From Azolla caroliniana (Eukaryota > Plantae > Polypodiophyta), in assembly GCA_043228905.1 (NCBI GenBank), contig JBHGNT010000017.1, positions 5,394,001-5,458,000 of the forward strand: 64,000 nt of DNA, read 5' to 3'. Shown here piece by piece: positions 1 through 13,700 of this stretch (position 1 is its first letter; each line of letters starts with the position of its first letter). Made by a program: the position numbers and the translations under genes. The notes below the pieces were generated by a model that worked only from the letters and a program-made list of their open reading frames with translations, was not told the origin of the DNA and did not search any database.

Positions 1-475
1 AAGGGGTCGCAGCAAACAGGACCGGACCGGACGAGGAGCGCGAGCAAGGCAGAGTGACGCCAGGAGAAGTCGGTTGGAAGAACCGACTGCCACAAAGGTC
101 GACACTACGACCCCACCTCAGGTTGAGCTTGAGGGGGAGTGTTGAGCGGCAAGCTCAACCGGAGCCGGATCGGCTGAATAAGCCGGAGCCGGTGAGCGAG
201 ACGGATCGGGCGAAACGGATCGGTATGACGGTGAGCAACCGAACCGGCAAGCAGTGGAGGCCGGGTGCAATCCGTAACCGGCAGTCCAATCGGAAGCCTA
301 GTATAGGATAGACTACTAGGTAGCTATAGTCTCGTAGTAAGTGTCAGATGCTCGTGTGAGCATTGAAGTACATGGTACTTCTGTCAGTCCCAAGAGGACT
401 TGTATAAATAGTGCTACTTAGCACAGTGTATAAAGTAAGTCTTGATATAATTTTGAAATTGCGTTCTACTCTCTC

Positions 476-520
<45 letters not shown>

Positions 521-562
521 GTTGTTCTCTGTTTTACGCTTCCGCAAACACTTACGTTTACA
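1..562 (+). mobile_element. 3' end of Ty1/copia element, family H: pol C-terminus, PPT and 3' LTR (140-562)
   Basis: Frame ends ...PPQVELEGEC*; PPT GAGGGGGAG directly before TGTTGAGCGG at 140; LTR ends ...TTACGTTTACA at 562; homologous to the LTR at 36289-36665. Confidence 0.85.
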
Positions 563-1170
563 GGATCCAGTTGATCTTGCTCTCTCAACACTCCCCCTCA
601 AGCTCAACTTGAGGTCGGATCATTGTGTCAGTATCTGTGATGGCCGATTCTTCTGTCCGACTTTTACTGGCGTCCTCCCTCCATGCTTGCACTCCTCGTT
701 CGGTCTGGTTCCACTTCCCGCGACCCGTCCAGTTTTGCGCACCTCCACCTCCTTGGTCGGCTTGTCTGCTCCACAAGCCCACCTCAACTCCTTCAGTACC
801 GTGAGTCCGGTGTTTGTCAACTCGTCCTTTCCTCCGTATCGGCGTCGACTTTTGTTGCCTCCTCATCTGTCTGGCTTCGAGGTGATCTGGCTCATCCGAA
901 TCAAACACCTCTTTCGAATTGGGTGCATCTGATTCATTCCAACTCATGTCTGGATTGGCTGTCTCCAATCCGACTCCCCTTTTCCGGCCTTTCACAACAT
1001 CAGACCATGTCCAAGTCTTGGCCTTCTCCTTCCGGTCGGCTCTATCCTTTTTGACTCTGCCGTCATCACCGCTTGTTTCGACTTGTTTAGATATGTCGAC
1101 TCTTCCAGTTGACTCAACGTCCTTTTTCTTCTTATCTCCCCCTGTCTTGGTTCTTTCCTCTCCGGCCCCT
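563..1170 (-). mobile_element. 3' end of a second family-H copia in opposite orientation: pol tail, PPT, first 28 bp of 3' LTR
   Basis: Minus ORF ends IRPQVELEGEC*; PPT (CTCCCCCTC on +, 591-599) abuts LTR start TGTTGAGAGAGCAAGATCAAC at 590; LTR cut at 563 by the + copy. Confidence 0.8.
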
Positions 1171-4143
1171 TGTCCGTGTGCGGAAAAAACCCTCGGCCAC
1201 AACCGAGTCTAGAATCACTTCAATGAGAATCAAACACAGAGATGGGAAGTAAGGGAGTGAATGCACGTACACACACGAACAATAGAGAGTAAACAGGATG
1301 TTTACGTGGAAAACCCTAATAGGGAAAAACAACGGGAGCCCACAAACTCCAAACTGTCACTATATAAGAAAGGTACAATCAGAGACTCGGAGGCAATGAC
1401 CTTGAGCTTTGAAACTTCGCCAAGCGGCGGTTGCAACAGAGTATCGCTCTGTATCCCTCTCTCTCTACACAACAGTTATGCACATACAACACTATGACAA
1501 CGCTCCATTGTCCACACACTAAAGTGATTGCCCTAAGTCATATTTATACTTATATGAACTTAGGGCTATTTACAAATATAGCCTCAATAGGCTTACTCAA
1601 CACATTTACAAATATGTCTTCTCTTCCAGTCCTCACCGGGTCCATTCGATCCGGTTTCCAAATCTCTTCTGGTTCTCACTAGGCCCTTTTTATTCATAAC
1701 CGGATCCCATATGGAGGGACCGATTTCCCAACAATCTCCCCCTTCACTCCGGCATGGGATGTCTCGTCAGCCCGATCCACTTTCGGCACGTGTCCAGCTT
1801 GTCGGTTGTCAACACCTTGGTCAACATATCGGACCTGTTCTCCTCCATGTGGATCTTCGTCAGCATGAACTCTTGATCTTCTACTCTCTCCTGGATCCAA
1901 TGGTACCGCCGCTGGATGTGCTTTTTCCTGGAGTGGTACTCTTTGCAAGGTGGATGGCACTTTGACTATCGCAATGGAGCCAGTGTTCCTCCTGTTGGAT
2001 CCCTAGCTCTCCGATGAAGTCCTTCATCCAGATTACCTCCTTGCTGGCTTCCACAGTTGCCATGTACTCCGCTTCCATGGTTGACAATGCAACCGTCTTC
2101 TGCATCCTCGACTGCCACGATACAGCTCCCCCTGCATAAGTCATGACGTATCCATATGTAGACCTGCTAGTATCCACATCAGTCGACATATCTGAATCGG
2201 TGAAGCCTCCCAAGAGGGGTTTCCCGAAGTCGAATTGGAGGCACCTACTCGAGCTACCTTTTAGATACTGGAGTATCCACTTGACCGCGTTCCAGTGCTC
2301 TTTTCCGGAATTGCTCATGAACCGGCTGACTACTCCTACAACTTAACCGATGTCTGACCGGGTACACACCATCGCATACATCAAGCTCCTGATGGCATGG
2401 GCATATGGTATCTTCATCATATCCGTCTTCTCTGACTTTGTCTTTAGGCTTTGCTTTCTGGACAACTTGCAATTTTCCGAAAGTGTCGATCCAACCAGTT
2501 TCGCCTCCGACATGTTGAACCCAAGGTTGTTAGGTACATTAGGTACGGTACGGATACCATATGTATTTAACATATTAATACTCGCATAGTACCTCCCAAT
2601 TTAAAAATATGTTAAATACGTTTTCTTAATATGTTAAATACTTATAAAATACGTATTTTACGTATAGTACGTTATATACTTCTAGAATTTGAAAATTATT
2701 TACCTTTCTAAAAAAGATCTATAATATTGTAAAAAACATCTATGTTTACACAATTTTGTGATGTACAATATAATTCTACATCCTAAAATGCATATAAGAC
2801 ATTTGAACATTTCACATCCTAAAATACTTGTAGTAATATGGATGTCGATATTCCCTTATTCTATAAATCAATGAAAGTGTACATCACAATGTTCTACTTC
2901 AAATTGTAATTATTTACAATTTTGCCTTCATAGATTGAGGAATCATCTACGATTATCACACTCATGATAGGTTTCTCTTTTCTTCGTTTTCTTCTTCTTC
3001 TTCTTCTTCTTCTTCTATCTACTACGATTATCACACTCAGGACATGTTTATGTCTTCTTTTCTCTCTTCTTCTTCTTCTTCTTCCTTATCTTCTTCATCA
3101 TCGTCTCTTCTATTCTTCTTTCTTCCTTCCTTTGGCTTCTTTTTCACTAAAATCTTTTTTTTCTTTTGCTTTTTGTTAGGGTTTTACTTACATTTCCTTT
3201 ATAAATACGTATTATACCTGTTTTTTTGTAAATACGTTAAATATCGTATTGGACAAATGTACATGATATTTGATTGAACAACATTGAGGTATAGTACATA
3301 CTATACAAATGATGAGGTACTATACGTATTTAAACGTTAAATACGGGTACATAAACAACCATAGCACCTTTGTCACGTACTTCTCCTGTGACAACCACAA
3401 GTCCCGAACGATGTGCATTCCCAATATCTGTCTTGCCGGACCCAAGTCTTTCATTGAGAAGCTCTGGTTCAGAGCCTTCTTCATCATCCAAAACTTGCCT
3501 TGGTCTTGTCCAACGATCAGCATATCATCCACATATAGGAGTATCAGGAAATCTCCTCCGTGAAATTTCTTCACGACCACGCAGTGATCGGCTTGCGTCT
3601 TGTGGTACCCTTGGTCGGTAATGAAGGAGTCGAACTCTGGTACCATTGTCGGGGAGCTTTCTTCAGTCCGTACAAGCTCTTCTTCAGCCGGCACACCAGG
3701 TGCTCCTTCCCTTTCTTCTCAAATCCTTTTGGTTGCATGTAGATCTCTTCTTCGAGGTCTCCATGTAGGAATGTTGTCTTGACGTCTAGTTGCTCTACCT
3801 CGAGGTCCATGCTTGCCGCTATTCTCAGCACCGTCCAGATGGAAGTCATCTTAACTACCAGGGCAAAGATCTCGTCGAAATCCACTCCTTTCTTCTACTA
3901 GAACCCCTTCACCACGATCCGGGCTTTGTATCTCGGTGGGTTTCCGACATCTCCCGGTTTTAGCTTGTACACCCACTTGTTCCGGAGTGCTCTCTTTTCT
4001 TTCGGCAACTCTGTCAGTTCATACATGTGGTTCTCATGCAAGGAATCCATCTCGAACTGCATGGCACTCAATCACTTGCGGTTGTGGGTGTCTTTCTTTG
4101 CTTCTTCAAAGCTTTTCGGTTCCCCTTCATCGGTCAACAATAC
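1171..4143 (-). mobile_element. Truncated copia B (Tork/Tto1-like): RT-RNaseH pseudogene, PPT, 3' LTR (~1171-1733)
   Basis: RT motifs QLDVKTTFLHGDLEEEIYM and LLYVDDML; RNaseH FTDSD..ALSTMEAEY; PPT before TGTTGGG at 1733; LTR resembles copia A LTR; left LTR boundary approximate. Confidence 0.88.
2522..3363. mobile_element. Non-autonomous DNA transposon/MITE-like insertion in copia B RT
   Basis: AT-rich 840 bp splits RT at CATGTTGAAC|...|GCACCTTTGTC, which is nearly contiguous in copia A; imperfect ~70-bp terminal inverted repeats (CAAGGTTGTT..GTATTTAA..ATAGTACCTC); internal CTT repeats; no clear TSD. Confidence 0.7.
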
Positions 4144-5841
4144 GCCTTCCTCCTCCACGATTGTGGATTCTCCATATCAGTTTCCTCTTGCCATTGTCGA
4201 CGCTTATCAAGACGGCTACAAGCCTTCTTCACCGTCGCCCAGTCTGCTACCAAGCCATTTGGTTGTGTTTCATCCTCCAAAAAGTTACCCAATTCACGCC
4301 GATCTTTCACATCCACTGCCTTCAGGAATAGTAGGACTTTCTTCTCAGAAGTCGGTTATACTTCTGGTCGAATTCGGCATATACTCCAGACGCACACATA
4401 TTCTTCCCTTTCTTCTCAATCCAAGACATTAGTGTATGTCGAGTCATCTGTGATGCATCTTCAAGCATGTATTCAACGAGAAGTGCCTTTTCGAACTCCA
4501 CCCAAGTTGCATGCTCGTTTTGGATCTCCATGACGCGCTCGCGGATCCCTGGTTCCACCACACGTTTGAAGTTAGAAATTTGTTTGAGATCATTGACATC
4601 CTTTTATTGCATCTCGTTCCGATAGGTAGCAAGAAAATCCATGATGTTCTTGCCACCAAATCGTCCAGCTATCTCGACCGTACGATCAACAACTTTGTCG
4701 ATTAAAGCTTCTCGATCTCTCACCTTTAGCATGTATTCCACTACGAACACCATGCCTTTCGCTAATTCCTCTCCTTGAGTTCCGCTTGTGGAAGCCATCG
4801 TTGCACTTGATATCCGCCCTACCGACTCTTTCACGTCGGGTTCACCACTTAATTAAGTCGTGAAAATACGTCACTATGTGCGGATCGTGAGACGGAACCG
4901 TCGAGGTTCTGGACTAGAAGGATTTAGTGCAACACGTACAACACAAGCAAGTTTTAAGCATAAGACAAGTGGGAGAGACAAATCATTAGTTTATTGTAAA
5001 AGAAAATCGATTCTTTATAATTTCAGAATCGTGTTACAATGGGTTGGGTATGGAAATGAGAGATTAATTTTTCAAAGAAAGGAGCCAACAACCATGCAAG
5101 GAGTGGTCTGATATGAATACGAGAGATAATTTTTTACTAGAAAGCTCAAGTAAACAAAGCTAGGAGTTTGATATCAATATGTGAGATAATTTGTTTCTCG
5201 AATTCGAGAGGGAAGAAGAAGGGAGAAAGAAGAAGAAGAAGTCCCAACCGCGTAGTGTACGCATCCACGCGTGCGCGCGTCCAGCCCGCACCGTGTACGC
5301 ATCCGCGCGCAAAAGTCTCGACCGCGTCGTAGTGTACACATCCACGCATGCGCGCATGCGCGCGTGCGCACACACGCGTCCGTTCGAAACATCCACGTGT
5401 ACGCCCGAAATCTGAAGACGTCCATGCGCGCATACATCCGAAAACGTCCACGCGACCATGCACACGCACATACGCCCAAAGCGTTAACACAGTCGTGCAT
5501 ACACACGTATGCCCGAAGCATGCACACCACAAATTGTAGCCCAAGTTACCTTGAACATTCTGTGCTCCACACATTGATAGAATGAATATGTTTTGGTTTC
5601 CCTTATATATTCTGGGTTCCAATGTTGTCCTGTCTATGTGGGATATCTCACAGTTTTGTCTTTTCTTTTCTTTTTTCAAACTTCACAGTCACATAACTTG
5701 ATACTTGTTTATCCGTTTTATGCGTAGTAAAATACGCTATGAAGCTCTTGAACACATCTATCTTTCCATATCAATATATTAAGCTAATCGTAAATAATTA
5801 TTTTACTAGTTTTCATATCGTGGGTGAAAAACCACACGACA
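4144..5841 (-). mobile_element. Truncated tRNA-Trp-primed gypsy I: 5' LTR (~4856-5841), PBS, gag fragment
   Basis: LTR starts TGTCGTGTGG at 5841; PBS TGGTGAACCCGACGTGAA (4830-4847); gag GRFGGKNIMDFLATY...WVEFEKALL homologous to gag of elements C and E. Confidence 0.82.
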
Positions 5842-8800
5842 ACGTGCCATGTGGCGGCGGTTTAATACCCTATTAATAGCCCACTACATACCTTTTCAAA
5901 GTGCCTGTTCACTCCTCGTTCTTGAATGTGTCCGTTCACACCTTGCCCTTGCATGATTTACTTTGATTTGATTTTTTATTTTTTATTTTTTATTTTTTAT
6001 TTATTTTTATTTATTTATTTTTATTTATTTATTTATTTATTTTTACTTATTTATAAAACTATTTGGTTAATTCGCATCCGGTCCCACCGAACCCCTATCC
6101 GAATTGTGGGACTTGCCAGCTGTTGGACTGCTTGCCGTCGCGTCGTTCTTGTCGTTTGCCGACTCGTGCTCCCTCTTACCGGCTTCGCGTTTGCCGATTG
6201 CTAAACGTGTTGCCGTCTGCTCCGACTTACCAGTGTCCGGTTTTGTGTTGGCCTTTACTAGTTCAAATGGGTTTCTTGGCATGGGTCCATTGTATGGTTT
6301 GAGTCGGAACCCATTGACCCATTTACCCAGAACCTCGCCAACGAGTGTCCCTAACTAGTAGGAACCGTTGAACTCACGTGTGATCCAGTATGGACCGGTC
6401 CACCGAAACCGTAGCTTCCCCGGCATCTTACCCATCCGGGTCTGGAATACTAGTATCGGCTTACCAATTTCGAACATCTTTTTGTTCCCTTTTCGGTGAC
6501 GATCCACGAACGCTTTCCTTTGCCACTGCTCTAGTTCTAGGTGCATGATGCTAGGTTTTCGGGCTGCCCTATGTCGGTGAGCTCTTCGGCATTCTCCTTT
6601 TGTTGGTCAAGCTCTGCCACATTCCACTCTTTTGCCTTCTTCACCCATTCTGTTGCCTGCTTCCGGATGGCTTCTAGAGTTTCCCACTCCGTGGCTTTGC
6701 CTTTTGATCTTGTAGTGACTTGTTGTAAGTCCGCGACTTCCGCGTCTACCATGTTCACCGTTGGTCGCTTGTCGTAGCTCTTCGCCGGACATTGGTTACT
6801 ATAGTGGCCTTCCGGTCGGCAATAATAGCAGTACGCCTTCCGGGTGTTGCTAGATTCGTCGTTTGTACCCGCACCCGGTTGACGTCCTGTGGTAAGTGCT
6901 TGGTTTTGGTCCAGTTGGCTGCTTGGAGAGCCCTTTTCCGGTTCCCGTGGATGACCCCCCTTTTTGTTGAAATGACGTTTCTTGTTGAAATTCTTTTTGT
7001 TTCGGTAACCTTGACGGGGCTGGTCATCATACTTGCCATAGTCGTCCCGTCGTTGGTTGTAACCAGGGGAGTGATCTCGGTTGTATCTCTCGTACCATCC
7101 ATTATAGTTCCGGTATCTATCTTGTCTATCATACCGGTCATAAGTGTCTCTTCGATCACTGTACCAGACATCTTGTGCCGGCCGGTAGCGCTCCTCTCGC
7201 CGCCAGCGTTCTTCTTCTTCCTCCCAGTTGCTTCGTGGTTCAATTTTCCGGACCGGTGGTGCTTGCCGATTTAACAAGTTATACTCACACCGTTCCATTG
7301 TGTGACTTCTGGAGTGGCAGAGCAAGCGTTGGGAACGCATGGTGCATTCCAGCACCAAATGTCCGGCATTCAAGCATGTCGTACATTGAATTGCTTGCCG
7401 AAAGCGGAGGTCCTCATCTATCGGTAGTGCACACTGAAGTGCGCCCAAGGTTAGCCATGAACTTGATTTTTCCATTTCCCGAACTTGGTCGATCACTTGA
7501 TCTATGCTGCTAGTGTGGAAATCAATGACGGTGCACACCATTCGTAAGGGTTCCCCGGAGTGCTGCTAAGAATATGGCCTTTGTTTCTTCCTCTGGTGGT
7601 GCCTTGCTGAGCTGGCTGTGTATCCGCTGGAACTGGATGACAAATTGTTGAATGTTCTCCGTTGGTTCCTGCTGGATAATGTAAAATAGGCCTACCATTT
7701 CCCGTTGGTCCATCTCCTTGTGAAAGAAATGCAAGAATTTGGTCATTAATGCTTCAAACGTGGGGATGGTGCTGGGATCTTGTGTTCAGTGCCATCTAGC
7801 GGCCGGTCCCTCCAGGGTCATTCCGAACTCTGCCATTTTTTAGTGTTCCTCTTTGGCCGCATTTAAGCGTTGGGACACATAGTTTGCCTCCCAGGTCTGC
7901 TGAAATGCATGGACGTGGGCTTCCGCGTCCAGATCATCCCGGTATCTGGGATATTGGAACGGCATATCGTCGTCTGGTGTCGGTACGTGGGCTGGTGGTG
8001 TTGGTGGTCTTTCCTCCTCTGTCGGCGTTGGAGGTCTTTCCTATTCCTCTTTCGGTGTTGGAGGCCTCTCCTCCTCGACTTCCGGTGTTGGAGTTCTCTC
8101 TTCCTCGACTTCTGGTTCCGGAGTGTGCTCGACTTCCGGTGTCGGAGGTCTCTCTTCCTCAACTTCTGGTTCCGGAGTGTGCTCGACTTCCGGTGCCGGA
8201 GGTTCCAGCCTTGTCAATTCTGGTTCCGGTGTCGGCAAGGTATCCGACTCCTCGTCCTCCGGTCCGTTTGGGGTGTCGTTACTACTGCGGTAGTTCGTAT
8301 GTGCGTTGTATTCCCCTTCTGAATCCGATTCAAAAGCTGAAAATGCTTCGGATTCGCCTTCGCCCGCTGCCAATGCCTGGAGAAGGGATTCCGCTTCCCG
8401 AAGGCTGCTTAGGCTGCTTCCTTCGTCTGGGTAGTCGTTTTGTTGTGAACGAAGTGACTCCTTGGCGACTCTCCAGATCACCTTGGAAAATGAGTGATCC
8501 ACTCTGATTTCTTCTGCCTCTTGCTGGAAAGCCTCTTGCTTCCTCAGCCATTCAGCAAGTCTCCTTGCTCGCTCCGTAACCGGGTCGTTCGTTGGTCTAG
8601 TCATCCATTCCCACCGTTGTTCGTTGCGATTGTGCAGGAATCGTGGTCGCCAAAAACTGTGTTATTCCTTAGGGCCGGACAATGGCCTAACACAGGGTGT
8701 CTACGGAAGACACTTCACCAAAGGGGTGCTACGGCGAGATAACTTAAAACTCAACAATTAATCAGACTTTAATTGGTTACTTAGCAATATGGCATTAGAC

Positions 8801-9102
8801 TTGATACACGTGTATGATAGAACAATTAGCACAGAACGGTAATCAACACTTAAAGATAAAACAAGAAGCTCTATTAATTATCCATCAAAGTTTTACATTG
8901 TAATCGGGCCTTTATATAGGTCACTGGTGCTGAGTACAAAACGGTGCCAACCAGCACCTGTTTGGAACCGGTCCGGGTCCGGATCGGCATACCGATTCCA
9001 GTTCGTCCGTTCACATCTCATAAACTACTTAATTATAATAGATTCCGAATATACAATCCCTTTCACATTCTAGTCTTTAACTCCTTTGTCGGCCGGGTAA
9101 CA
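5842..9102 (-). mobile_element. Internally deleted Athila/Tat-related gypsy D': 5' LTR 8660-9102, PBS, gag, integrase C-terminus
   Basis: LTR homologous to 32949-33408; PBS TGGCGACCAC (tRNA-Arg-like, 8643-8652); gag from 8604 with CCHC knuckles (CYYCRPEGHYSNQC); gag joined directly to the integrase tail (MPGKLRFRWTGPY) at ~6550. Confidence 0.88.
8045..8235 (-). repeat. Coding tandem repeats (TPEPEVEEERP-like) in gag N-terminus
   Basis: Repeated CCTCGACTTC(C/T)GGT units; ORF 8041-8604 reads PEVEHTPEPEVEEERPPT repeatedly. Confidence 0.8.
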
Positions 9103-10784
9103 GAACGCCATAAGGTTGAGGTTGTTGGTTCAAGTCCTCTTTTGCCCATGTAATTTTGTGCATGTATTATATTACATGGTTTAGACTATAAAATACTACT
9201 TCAAATCATATGTTATTTTGTAAATTATTAGTATAGGCTAAATGGTAACTTTTGGGTGTCATAAGGTAGGGTTTATTAGTTCAAGTCCTCTCTTGTCCAT
9301 GTAGTATAATAGATATATATATTTTTGTCTCTAAATATAATGTATAATATTATCATAATATGTTATTAACATTATAAAGGTTTATTTTATTTTCATTACA
9401 TATTTATCTTATTGTAGACTTTTAATGTGGAGCTTTCGTACTTTACGACATCCACCCCCTCTAAACCTGCACATCCTCCGACATGTGCCACTATCTTTCA
9501 TCTTCATGTTGATCTATTGGAGGAGGTTCAAGCTCAAACCTTTTCTTAAATACTTTTATCCTCTTTCCAGCTACCACGTTTAGGATTAGTGTCCCATCCA
9601 ATTCACTAACCTTATAAGTAAAGTTATCATATACTTTTCTTACTATGTAAGGCCCAAACCATCTTTCAGCGAACTTGCGGACGGTGCTATGTTGATGATC
9701 TAAAATGCTATCATACACAAGCACCCAATCCCCTTCTTCTATCTTCTTATGTCGAATTCTGTGAGTTTTATCAAAACGAATTTTATTCTTCAATCGAGCC
9801 TCCTTCAATCGTTGGGTTGCTAATTCGACATCTTCAGGGCGACGCTCTAATTGTTGAATTCGCAAAGCCAGCAATTCTTCTCTCCTCAGCTCTTCTTTCC
9901 ATGGAATAGATGTCCATGACATAATTAATCCTTCTATTGGCATGATGGGCTTTTGGCCAAGCATCAATTCAGCTGGTATATATCCTATTACTGAGCTATG
10001 TGTTGTTCGATCTGCCCATAGTGCATAAGGTAGCATGCGTGGCCAATCTCTTATTTTACCTTCACAACTTTTCACGATCGCCTTAACTATTGGGTTGACG
10101 GGAACTCAAGGCTCCTTATACGCAACGCTCGGCCACAACCAAGCTTAGAATCATACATAGAAAAACGGGAAATAAAGCACGACACGAAGAAGAGAAGAGT
10201 ACGCAGGATGTTTACATGGAAAGCCCAAACTAAGGGAAAAAACCACGGTAGCCCACAGGCTGCAAACTATCGCTATGTTAGAATGTACAACAGTGAGTTC
10301 ACGGAGGCAATGACCTCGTGCTAATGATCCTCGCCATAGGCGGCGGTTACAACAGAGGCAACAACCTCTTTCTCTCTCTCTCTCTCTCTGTACACAGTTA
10401 CGTGCTCTCACTCTTTCCTTGCACCAACAAGAATGACAACACCAACAGTCTAAAAGTTTGCCCTAAGTCATATTTATACTTAATATGACTTTTCGTCTAT
10501 TTACAAATATAGCCATGATGAACTCTCAGAAACATATTTACGAATATGTCTCTTCATCCGGTGAGCACTTCTCACCGGGTCTGCATCATCCGGCTCTCCG
10601 TAGCCGGGTACTCCTCATCCGGTTCTCAGCGGGTCTGCACCATCCGGCTCTCCGTAGCCGGGTACTCCTCATCCGGTTTCGGCCTCGGCCGAGTTTGTTC
10701 ATCGGCACTGTTCTTCTTCCTTCCCATCCGGAGGAACCTGTCTCCCAACAAACTCCCCCTTCACTCCGGCATGGGGTGTCTTAC

Positions 10785-13700
10785 TAGTCCAATCCTCTTC
10801 CGGCATGCATCCAGCTTGTCGGGTATCAGCACTTTGGTCAGCATATCTGACCCGTTCTCGGTCATGTGGATCTTCGTCAGTGCGAACTCCTGGTCATCTA
10901 CCCTTTCCCGAATCCAGTGATACCTTCGCTAGATATGCTTCGTCCGGGAATGGTAAGCCGCATTCTTAGCAAGGTGGATGGCACTTTGACTATCTCAATA
11001 GAGTCGGTATTCATCTTGCCGGATACCAAGCTCTCCGATGAAGTCCTTCATCCATATTATTTCCTTACCGGCTTCCACAACCACCATGTACTCCGCCTCT
11101 GTGGTTGACAAAGCAACCGTCTTCTGCAGCCTCGACTGCCACAATGTCATTACATACCCGGATGTAGACCGGCTGGTATCCACATCAGCCGACATGTCCG
11201 AATCGGTGAAACCGCTAAGTTGAGGTTTTCCGGAGCCGAATCAGAGACACATATTTGAAGTGCCCTTCAAATACCGGAGTATCCATTTGACCGCGTTCTA
11301 GTGCTCCTTGCCGGGATTGCTCATGAACCGGCTCACCACTCTAACTGCGTACCCTATATCCGGTCGGGTACACACCATTGCGTACATTAAGCTCCCGACG
11401 GCAGAGGCATATGTAATCCTCATCATATCTGCCTTCTCTGCTTTCGTCTTCGGGCTTTGCTTACTGGATAACCTGCAGTTTGCCGAAAGTGTCGATCCAA
11501 CCGGTTTCGCATCTGACATGTTGAACCGGTGAAGCACCTTTGTCACGTACTTCTCCTGTGACAACCACAATTGCTTCATTGACCGGTTCCGAATGATGTG
11601 CATCCCCAGCATCTGTCTTGCCGGACCCAAGTCTTTCATTGAGAAGGTCCGGTTGAGAGCCTTCTTCAGCATCCGTATTTTGACTTGGTCCCGTCCGACG
11701 ATCAACATGGCATCCATGTACAGAAGGAGTATCAGGAAGTCGCCTCCTTCGAACTTCTTCACAAACACGCAGTGATCGGCCTACGTCTTGTGGTACCCTT
11801 GATCGGTCATGAAGGAATCGAACTTCCAGTACCATTGTCGGGGAGCCTGCTTTAGTCCGTACAGGCTCTTCTTCAGCCGGCATACCAAGTGCTCCTTCCG
11901 TTTCTCCACAAATCCTTCCGGTTGCTACATGTAGATCTTCTCATCCAGGTCGCCGTGAAGGAATGTCGTCTTCACGTCCAGCTGTTCTACCTCAAGGTCC
12001 ATGCTTGCTGCTATACTCAGCACCGTCCGGATGGAGGTCATCTTTAATACCGGGGCAAATATCTCGTCAAAGTCCATGCCCTTTTTCTGTTGGAACCCCT
12101 TCACCACGATCCTGGCTTTGTATCTCGAGGGGTTGTCGGTATCTCCCGGTTTCAACTTGTACACCCACTTATTTCGGAGTGCCCGCTTTCCTTTCGGCAA
12201 CTCCACCAATTCGTACGTATGGTTCTCATGCAGGGAATCCATCTCATCCTGCATGGCACTTAACCATTTTCAGCTGTGGGTGTCATCCTTCGCTTCTTCG
12301 AAGCTTTCCGGCTCCCCCTCATCGGTCAGCAGAACATGCTCTGCATCCGGAAATCTCCGGGGGGCCCTTCTCTCTCTGAGAGGATATCTCCGTCTTCGGG
12401 CTTTGGTAACTGGCTCCTCCATTTGCTCTTCATCTGAATCTGATTCGGGGTCTTGGCCGGTTCCGGATTCGGCTTCCTCTACTTCTTCTTCAGCCTGTTC
12501 GGTATCCTCGCCGTATCCGGCTGGTTCTTCGAGTGCTAACCGGTCTCTCGCCAGTTGGGTCTGCTCATCATAGAATTGATCCTTACCGGTCGACTCGGAG
12601 TTCATTATCTTCTTCTCCGACTCCCAGTCGGCGAGCGTCTTGTCCTCCATGAAGATAATATCTCGACTCCGGAATACCTTCTTGTCGACCAGGTCCCACA
12701 CTCGGTAACCGAACTCATCGTCACCGTAACCGAGGAATATGTATGGCCGGGTCTTTGGATCTAACTTTCCTCTCCGGTCCTTAGCTACATGCACGTACGC
12801 GAGACACCCGAACACCTTCAGATGCCAGTAGGATACTTCCTTACCGGTCCACACTCTCTGTGGCGTGTCTCCGTCCAAGGGTACTGAGGGTGATCTATTT
12901 ATCACATATGTCGCCGTCGACAGTGCCTCAGCCCAAAACTTCTTGGGTAGTTTTGCATGCGCTAGCATACTCCAGACCCTCTCCATTATGGTCTGGTTCA
13001 TCCTCTCGGCTAGTCCGTTTAGTTCCGGAGTCTTCGGCACGGTAAATTCGAGCCGGATTCTCTTCGAGCGGCAATACTCCTCGAACTACCCCCGGTATTC
13101 TCCTCCGTTATCTGCTCGAACCGCCTTCAGCTTCCGACCAGTTTCTCTTTCCAATCTCACGTGGATCTTTCTAAAGACGGATAGCACCTGATCCTTCGTC
13201 TTCAACGGTGTGGCCCACAGCTTCCAGCTGTGGTCATCTATGAACGTTACGAAGTACTGCGCTCCGGCATGTGACTTCGTGTCTACTTGACACACATCCG
13301 TATGCACCAACTCCAATGGTGCATTACGTCTCATCGGTGGCCTTGGTCGGAAGGAGGTTCGGTTTTGCTTACCGGCCAGACAATCAGTGCACTTCTCCAA
13401 GTGCACGTTCTTCACTGGAATGAGGTTGTCGTCTGCAAGCCTCTTCATCCCCTTCTCGCTCATATGACATAGTCTCTTGTGCCACAGCTCACCGGCAGTG
13501 TTGGATGCCAGGTTCACTACTTCTGGACATAACCGGGCATTCATCAAGTACAGTGTGTTGACCTTCCGGGCCCTAGCCACAATCAGGCTCCCTTTGCTGA
13601 ACTTCATGACACCGTTCCGGGAGCTACCCGTGTAGCCTTCATCATCTAGCAGACCGGTTGATATCAGGTTCAGACGAACCTCCAGAACGTGTCGGACATC

